Notes under the pieces: model-generated
Seen by the model: only the letters and a program-made list of their open reading frames with translations
The model's database searches: none
What the model was told of the DNA's origin: nothing
Assembly (NCBI RefSeq): GCF_006345805.1
Contig: NC_043001.1
Span: 58,776,001 to 58,840,000, forward strand
Origin: Octopus sinensis
Lineage: Eukaryota
DNA length: 64,000 nucleotides
Direction: 5' to 3'
Program-made: the position numbers and the translations under genes
In this document: positions 53,850 through 64,000 of the stretch, piece after piece
Position numbering within the stretch: position 1 is the first letter of the stretch
Layout of the letters: each line of letters opens with the position of its first letter

Positions 53850-55950
53850 ATCTCAGCGACAATTTTGGACTGTACGGAGACGCTGTGAGCCGGGGACAGG
53901 ATGGATCTTATGCTCTACCTTGACAACACATGCTATTTTTCTGCAAAATGCCAATACCAACCGAAGACATACGGGATGTGATGACTGGCTACTGAAGGGA
54001 AACGCCTCAACAGCTGGATGATCAGCCCTTCGTGTTTTATCTTCACATGCCAAACTTTTTCAGTGATCTCTTGGTGGATGTCTACAGCAGATGGCAACAA
54101 TAACCTGAATGTGTTGCTGAGAAAAGCCTGGACAAGAGGGACCAAATAGATAATAATAGGCCCGTAAATCTGCGTAATGCAAACGTTTTTCAGGGGCATC
54201 TTTGTGAACTAGGATACGGAAGAATCATGTCGGTTTATGCGGACAACGTCTCCGTAATAATATCTGATATTTATTAACTCCTATCAGAGAGACACACACA
54301 ATCCAGACGTGCATTCAAGCTGACGTTCCATTCTTCCGCCAAACACTAAAGATCAGAAAATCCCTAGGAAAACCTCCAAAGCCCACAAGAGATCCATTCG
54401 AGGTATGCACAGAAAATAATCTTAAATCACAATTGCTACTGCTCACGTCGACACCCACCATATTACTCACAAAGTCAAGGAAGATTGGCCTTATTTCCAG
54501 GCTTAAGTCTTTCCAGAACAGCACTACCACTCCGCCACCATTTCTGAATCAAGTTAGATAATATCTTACAATCACAAAAAGTGTGTGCTAAGGCGCGTGT
54601 GTCGGAAAACCCGGCATCACTGACGACTATCACATACAAGTCTATGACATGAGACCACTCATCAGCTGACCCTCCTTCTAGGGTGACCTAAGATCAGTTG
54701 CACATATGGTATCCAATCATAGGTTCACCATGTCTGTCCCAAGGTAAAGGTGGGGAAAATAAACAATTTACTCACCCCATATCTTGTCCCAGAAACCGGC
54801 TGCCTGGCTCCATTGGACAAGTGATTTTATTTAGGAATCTTTCAGGTGCATACTGCTGCAGTTACATTTACTCTCACTACTTTGACATCCGCCAAGGCTA
54901 ATCTTATTTTATTTTCAAATACTGCGTCAAATGAAAGTGTTGAACTGAATGCATTTCCTTCTATTTCGATTTATTCCTTCTCTGTAATAAAGGATAGTAG
55001 TTTCTTGTTTCTACACCCTATTAGCTCAAGGTTTAAGGTGGGTGTGTTTAGTTGTTGCTGTTGTGTCTATGTGCCCTTTTGCTGGTGCTGTTCTTGCGTG
55101 TATTTTCTATTTATTGTTGTTGCTATTGAAAGTGATGGCGACGGTGGCAGTGACGCTGTGTATCTGCCTTTGTTGTGGCTGTGGTTTCGGTGTGGTTATT
55201 GTGTTTATGTGGTGTCATTTTGTCTGTTTTTGTTATCTGGTTTTACCTCTTTCTCATGAGATGGTATTTACTCGTGGTTTGAATCTGATACGGGTGGGGT
55301 ACATGAAGACATATGTTTCCGAGTGTTTCTACGTCTGCGTGTGTTTACAAGAAGGTAGGTATGAAGGGGAGAAATACAGAGGAAGTTCGATTGGTTTTTT
55401 TCCTAGTTTGCGGCTCTGTTTTGTGTGGTACTTGTTGCTAGTTCCGCTGTTGTCGTTTGTACTACTGTTGTTTTCGTTCCCCTTGCTGCTACTATTGTTG
55501 GTACTGTTACTGCTCTTGTTACTTCTGTATACAGGAGTAGTTGCTGGGGCTGTGTTGCCGGCTGCAGTGTGGATGATTTTATTGAGGGAACAAAATAATA
55601 GGGATAGAGGATGACATCTCTGTCACATATGGAAGATCTGTCGTGCGAGTGCTTCATGCCAGCCTACTGTTTTATTCTCAACACATTTCCCCTCATATTT
55701 CTTTCAAGTTTCTTTTTACTTGGGCTCGCATCGCTACTTCTATGGGCCGGGTTTTAACTGACACAAAGCGATACGCAGCCATCTTGCAGGCTTTTGCTGA
55801 CAGTATCTTAGCTGCGTTGGCAATCTGTAACTTCCTCTCATTTCTTTTTTTTTTCCTTCTGTGACATCCCATCAAGAGATTGTTAGTATGTGCAGTTATT
55901 CTCACAATTTTGGTTGCCGTTTACGTTGTTTGTTATTGATGTGTTGTTGT
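53850..55950 (-). pseudogene. Scrambled old Tx1-like LINE remnant: ORF1-like region, APE endonuclease fragment, inverted YADD piece and zf-RVT-like piece
   Basis: Minus 54330-54700: GGVVVLFWKDLSLEI..FLD....VGVDVS..LRLFSVH (APE-like). Plus 54200-54270: ELGYGRIMSVYADNVSVIIS parallels ELGCGTSVSAYTDDVTVIVS of the 38-40 kb copy. Degenerate CCHC-like stretch near 55610-55650. Confidence 0.5.
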
Positions 55951-56498
55951 TGCTGCAGGTGCTGCTGTTATGGTTAATGTTGTTCCTGTTGTCTTCGTAG
56001 CTGCTATCGCTGTTATAGTTTCTATTGTCGTTGTTACTGCTGCTGTTGATTTTGCTCTCACTGTTGCTCTTTCTGTTGTTGCTGATGTTGGTTTTTACAG
56101 ATATGCTCGTTTGGTGCCACAGCAGTTGCAGTTTGACCTGGAATTTAATCTATAGTAATGGTGGTGTTGGTGGTGTCATCATCGTTCTTTTTATTGTTGA
56201 TATTGATATTGTCGGACAACGGTCTGGGGGTCTCCTTCACTGAAATAGTTTGTGACAATTAAAGACACTATGATTTAACACGGGAAAGCTAAAAGAAAGC
56301 AGTCGAAAGCAAATAAACACTAGGGCATTTTTTCCCTTCAGGAAACGACTTACCAATCCTCCATCTACATAAGGAATTAGGTGGGAGGAGTGTGGGTGCA
56401 TAGTTAGGTTCCAACAAAAATTAATGCGAACAAATTATTTTCAACAAAATTCAGCATACATTCTCGGAAGCGAGTAAACACATATGGATAAATATATG

Positions 56499-56577
<79 letters not shown>

Positions 56578-56610
56578 TGTTGTTGTAGTAGTATTTGCAG
56601 CAGCAGCAGC
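56499..56610. repeat. (AGT)n/(GCA)n microsatellite
   Basis: Directly visible. Confidence 0.95.
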
Positions 56611-57299
56611 TAGAAAAACAACAAAAACATCAACATCAACAGCATGAAATATATTATCAAGAAAATAAATAAACGTCATAAACAGATAAGGTAGCTGAAA
56701 CTTATGTGAAACACTTAATGTATATTTTCCCTAATTTTTTTTTACACAGTTGAGCAACTGAAAATCACTTATTACAGACGAAAACAGAAATTAATGTAAA
56801 TATATAAATATAAACAGATACAAGTCTTCGAATCTGAAAATCAATCAGTGTATATTAAATGTTTATATTCTTATTTTCAATCTAATTAGTTGTATAAATT
56901 ACCTCTTATCGAAATTCTACACCACATATTTATTTTATTTTATTCTCAAACCAGAATAGGAGAAAAAGTAAAAGATAGATATATAATGATGGAAGTTAGT
57001 CTCAAAAAGTCAGGCAGCCGATTTTATTCAAAGTATTTCGTATATCTTGTCATTTATTGTAGATAGAGTCACAAAGTCTCTGGAAAATCGCAGGAAAATT
57101 AGAAGAACCTCCTAGTGTGAAAGGAAAAATATTTTGGTAATTTGATACTGCTTTAGCTTTATGATTTGTTTCTGATTGATTGAAATAAATCTATAGCACA
57201 GAAAAATTTGAGATGTGTTACTACTTGCCTCATTACCAAACATCTGTCGATGAGTAGCAATTTGGGAACAAGAAAAGTAATAAATTGCAACAATAAGTA

Positions 57300-59090
<1,791 letters not shown>

Positions 59091-59592
59091 CTTTAGATGA
59101 GGTTTTGAAGTGTATTCATTGCTACGTGTTTCAAGCTACGATATGTTTCAATGATAATTATTGTTTCTTTCTCTCATCCTCCATCAACTAAAAGAACATG
59201 ATTAAGTAGATTTTCATCTTTAAGTTGACATTGTTATAATAGACACTCCATAATTCTTGGATGGTGGAAGATATATTCATTTTTTACGTATTCATGTCAT
59301 AGCTACAGTTTATATCACTTTCATAGTAGCCACTATAAATATTTCCATTCCTAACAGTAAATCCATAAGTTTTATCAAGGAGAGACAGAATATTGTAAAT
59401 TGCTATCATAGAGACATAATATAAAATGTTTCAAGAAAAACAAAAATGGAATAACGTCTCATGTCTAGCTATATAATATAATAATGAAAGCCAAAATTTA
59501 CTTCACAAGAATATGCTCGTTGAATACCAAGGAATATGACGTTTTTTTCTCAATAGTTAGACTGTTATAACACTTCATGTACACACACACAT

Positions 59593-59655
<63 letters not shown>

Positions 59656-59689
59656 GTATATATATATATATGTATATATATATCTAAAT

Positions 59690-60230
59690 ATTCTTTTATT
59701 CTTCTATTTGTTTTAGTCGTTTGACTGGACCACCGCCCTTAGTCGAACAAAATTAACCCCAGGACTTATTCCTTGTAAGCCCAGTACTTATTCTAGCGGG
59801 CTCTTTTGCCGAACTGCTAGATAACGGTGACGTAAACACATCAACATTGTGTGTCAAAAACAGACACACAAACACACACACATATGCATGCATACATACA
59901 TACATGCATACATGCATACATGCATACATACATACATACATACATACATACATACATGCATCCATACATACATACATACATACATACATACATACATACA
60001 ACATACATACATACATACATACAAACATACATACATACATATATACATATATATATACATATATATTCGAAAAGCTTCTTTCAAACTCCGTCTACCGAAT
60101 CCACTCCCGAGGCTTTGGTCGGCCCGAAACTATAATAGAAGACACTTGCCCAAAGCACCACGCAGTGGGACTAAACTCGGAATCTTGTGGTTGGTAATTA
60201 AGCTACTTACCACACAGCCAATCCTGCCCC
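59690..60230 (-). mobile_element. SINE family beta, near-complete, with internal (CATA)n tract (59880-60062)
   Basis: Reverse head GGGGCAGGATTGGCTGTGTGGTAAG (A box) and GAGTTTAGTCCC (B-box-like), then the microsatellite, then the 3' body. Confidence 0.8.
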
Positions 60231-61972
60231 TCTGAATAGATGGCATTTTCATTGACACCAGTCAAGTCTGCATTTACCTGTGAATTAAATTAGCTAAATT
60301 AACTAATGTGTCCTAAGGAGTCTTAGTTTCTCTGGAATGTTTTACAAGAGCAAGAGCAAGTATTTTGGGACTACAAGTTTGAACATACGTTTAAATTGAG
60401 ACTAGTTCCATGAAAAGGAGTATCGGAGTAAATTCTGAGTTATTCGAATCAACAGAAGTAATTGTTCTTGTAAAATATAGTAAAAACAGTATTTGTCGCA
60501 GTTAACTTGAAAATTAAATGAAAGATATATGAACAAACATATGAGCCAGAAAATAATAGTTAATGTTCCCTATTGTCATGGTTACAGTATTTGACCATTA
60601 CATGACAAGAACACAGTGTTTATCAAATAAAATTATAAATCATGCACTTGTGTGTATGCGTGTGTGTGTTTACCTGTATGAGTGTTCGGCGTTTCTTTTT
60701 TATATTTTTTCTTTATCTGGAATGAAAAATTAATTAGGGCAAATATAACAATGAAATTAGATATACATTTATATCCTAACAGAAAAGAAGATGTATTAAA
60801 TCAAACGGTATTGCGATATACATCCTTAACTGAATTAGGATGCGAAGCAAAATTTATAAGCATTTATGAATAAACCGTGGAAAAGAATATCCGACATCTA
60901 TGACGGTACTTGAAATGTAATCTCAATGGAATATAGAAGAGAAAAACAACCCCTAGTAAAAAAAATGCAAATATCATCTTTGTTACTCAATGCATTACCT
61001 GTAGCGCCTATGTTATTAATTGGAAATAAAGTAATTCATGAGAAAGGAGCTCTAAGTTTAGATGCTTATTAATAGTATATCTATTCCTTTCCCCAGCAGC
61101 AAATATTTTCCCGTTGCATAAGAACGTTTCTGGACGGTACTGGACTAATCTAATTAGAACGAATTTATCAAACAACTTTTCGTAAAAATACGTACCTTAA
61201 AGCAACATTTTAAGGAGAAGAGGAAACTGAATTATATCATAAACAAACTAAAATAATATTTTGTATATAGAGAAAAGAAAAGAACTGTAGCAAGTAAACA
61301 AAACACACCTACGAAATGTATCTGCTCTTCAGACCGCCAACAGGACTTTGAGCTGAAGTAATATATATTAAGGAGTAAAGATAAGCTAAGAAGGAAGAAT
61401 ATTATTAAGTAAGGAAGAAAATCTATGTTAATAGTATAGAAAAGGATAGCTATAATAGAGAGCAGAAAAAATTTCTTATTGATGGTCAATAGATAATATT
61501 GAATAGGAGTCTATATTTGGAACTAGCTTATAATTAATGCAATTTTTGGAAAGTGATGCTGGCTGAAATTCCTTAATACTCAACTTAGTAAATTAATAGA
61601 ATAAATTAATATATAAAAAAATAAATAGAAAAATGATAGATATCGGCAACATTCTGTTAATTATGAAGGAAGAAATTATGTAGTATTCCAAATCTTGGAT
61701 CATCTTCATCTTTACTACAAACATGCATGCTGTATATCTAAAATATAAAATTCATATCCAAGAAAAACAGCATTTAATAATGTTACAAAATAAAAATATT
61801 CAGATGAGGAAGAATTAATTCGCAGAATGTACACGTAGTAAGTCGTATGGAGATCATTAAGTCCTAAGAAAAGAAGCAGCTTTTATGCTGAACTATAGCA
61901 TAAGAATCTTATAGGATAGTTTTGGTCTAAATAATACCATACACAAAGGTGAAAACTACTCTATTGGATATA

Positions 61973-62692
61973 GTAGGTTGTCTCACATGAAATGTCCTAT
62001 TTTAAATGGGTTTTTTATGAGTCATTTATAAATGGATTTTTAATGATTTTCTATATATATGCTTGTGCTTACTCTTAACTATTTTCTTTCTAGATAATAC
62101 TATTATTCAAAATTGCTATCCACAGCTGTTATGACAATGTTGACAACTGAACAATACCAAGTGATTTTCTTGTACGAATATAAATTGGGTCACTCTGCAA
62201 CAGAAGTTGTACGAAACATCAAGCGGGATTTTGGTAACGATTCTGTTCACATTAGAACTGTTCAGAGAGTGTTCCAAAGAGTTCGTTCAGAAAATGAAAA
62301 CCTTAGAAATGAACCAAGGAGTAGTCCAAAATCAACTATTTCGCATGATGAATGGAGTGTTTTGGTTAAACGAAATCCGAGAACAACTGTCCAAGAAATC
62401 GGATCATAGCTCCAGACATCTCCCGCAGCTGCTTCTCGACACTTGAAGAGAATTGGAAGTGTCGAAAAAATGGATAGGTTTGTTCCCCATCAACTAAATG
62501 AGATTCAAAGAAGCAGACGCATTACAGTGTGTTCCATGTTGATTTCTTGGGTGGAAAGTGAACCATTTTTGTATCGACTCATTGTGTGTGATGAGAAAGG
62601 GATACTTTTTAATAACAGCAGGAAGACAGGGCAGTGGTTAGATAGAGGAGAGTCACTAAAACACTACCCAAAATCCCCAATGCGACATTTCA
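61973..62692 (+). mobile_element. mariner transposon 5' half (cecropia/Hsmar1-like), truncated
   Basis: IFLYEYKLGHSATE..RNI...FG...V..RTVQR.F..V.SEN.NL.NEPRS, in-frame TAG at 62407-09, FVPHQL..EPFL.RL..CDEKGILFNN....QWLD.GE..KHYPK. Putative left TIR TA|GTAGGTTG at 61973. Confidence 0.85.
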
Positions 62693-62955
62693 TGGAAGAC
62701 AATCTAATAGTTCGGGCTAATAGAACGGACAAATTAATGAAGACGAATACTAAGTAGCTAAGACCTACATATCTGGCAGGAATATATATATATATATATA
62801 TACATACATATATATTATATATATATATATATATTATATATATATATATTGACAATATCAACATTAGCAGATAATTTAGATAATCTAAATGAAATATTCT
62901 TAACTCAGTTCTTAGTAATTGCTCCAGGATGATTACTAAATTTGCTAATGTACTT

Positions 62956-64000
62956 AAAGAATTTCTATCCATTACTCAACATTTAGGGATAGAAATAAAC
63001 GTAATATTACCGGTCTCAGCAAACTGATTTGGGGTTTAAAAGACCACAATGAACAATTTCATTTAGAATGGTTGATTCTCTCAATTTCGATACCATATGA
63101 CAAATTAACTAAACTATTCTTAACTTTTTGTACCTTTTGGTTGGAAACATTTTGGAGGTAAAGTAAACAATTATCTGCTAATGTTGATATTTTCAATAAT
63201 AACGCCGAATTCTATAACTCTGCCTTAATTAAAGCAGGTTATACAGAGAAAACTTTCTACATTGATTCTGCTCAGTCTAATTGTAAATTCAATAATGTTG
63301 ATAAGGTTTCTCGTCGTAAAAGAATTATTGATAACAAACATAACTTACGCACCGATACAAAGCGAATGAAGGCAGATAACTCTTATTTAATACCCTATTA
63401 TCGATCTAAAAGTAAATATAACACCTTCAAAAGCAATTACGTTATGAATACTAGTAAAAATATTTGGTTAATAATTCCTTACGGGAAACAAATTAAATCT
63501 AATCTCCCACTGCTGTTTCGTCAAGCTATTGCTAGGAATTTTCCAAACAATTCTAGATACTATATTATCAATTCACATAAGGTTAGGATAGGTTTTTCAA
63601 ACACAAAAAATCTCTTGCAAATTATCTCTTCACATAATAACAAACTGTTAAATATTAATACATTTACTAATACTAACATTAAATTAGCTAATAACACCCA
63701 ACCCTCTAGAAATATTAATAACAAGGTTATTGTATCTGAAGTCAATTATAATAGAATTAAGTTTATGTCAAGTAACTCTAAGATTAAAAATTCTATATAC
63801 CAGTGTATAATCAGTACTCGTAATAAAGTACGATTTTACATTGGAAGCACATCGTTAGAGTTATCTAAAAGAATTTCTATCCATTACTCAACATTTAGGG
63901 ATAGAAATAAACGTAATAGTACCGGTCTCAGCAAACTGATTTGGGATTTAAAAGACCACAATGAACAATTTCATTTAGAATGATTGATTCTCTCAATTTC
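62956..64000 (+). mobile_element. Penelope-like element, same family as 32979-36110, partial tandem; runs off the window
   Basis: ORF 63366-63983 contains NSIYQCIIST..FYIGSTSLE..KR..H (GIY-YIG); near-identical to 34760-35640. 62956-63090 duplicates 63866-64000. Confidence 0.9.

Overview
Eukaryotic, strongly AT-rich, microsatellite-dense DNA with no host protein-coding exon that I can support; it looks intergenic or deep-intronic. The repeat repertoire resembles an octopus/cephalopod genome (inference, not verified). It consists of tRNA-derived SINEs, abundant (AAT)n-tailed R4/Dong LINEs, RTE, Tx1, Penelope-like elements, Tc1/mariner and a non-autonomous Helitron. Almost all long ORFs in the track are either microsatellite artefacts or decayed transposon genes. 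Main contents: (i) a chain of about nine same-strand R4/Dong-clade (RT + CCHC + restriction-like endonuclease) insertions linked by (AAT)n tracts at 16.7-28.3 kb, with further copies at 42.1-45.8 kb and 51.2-53.2 kb; (ii) a Penelope-like (PLE) hot spot at 33.0-37.5 kb with inverted pseudo-LTRs, a nested Helitron, a 265-bp palindrome and four hand-folded minimal type I hammerhead ribozymes, two of them in direct repeats that would release a 471-nt RNA; (iii) a GC-rich Tx1-clade LINE embedded in (TATC)n; (iv) two mariner relics and an IR/DR Tc1 element. The most notable signal is the set of hammerhead ribozymes, in particular the tandem pair at 36283-36800, which has a retrozyme-like architecture. 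All folds and alignments were done by eye.
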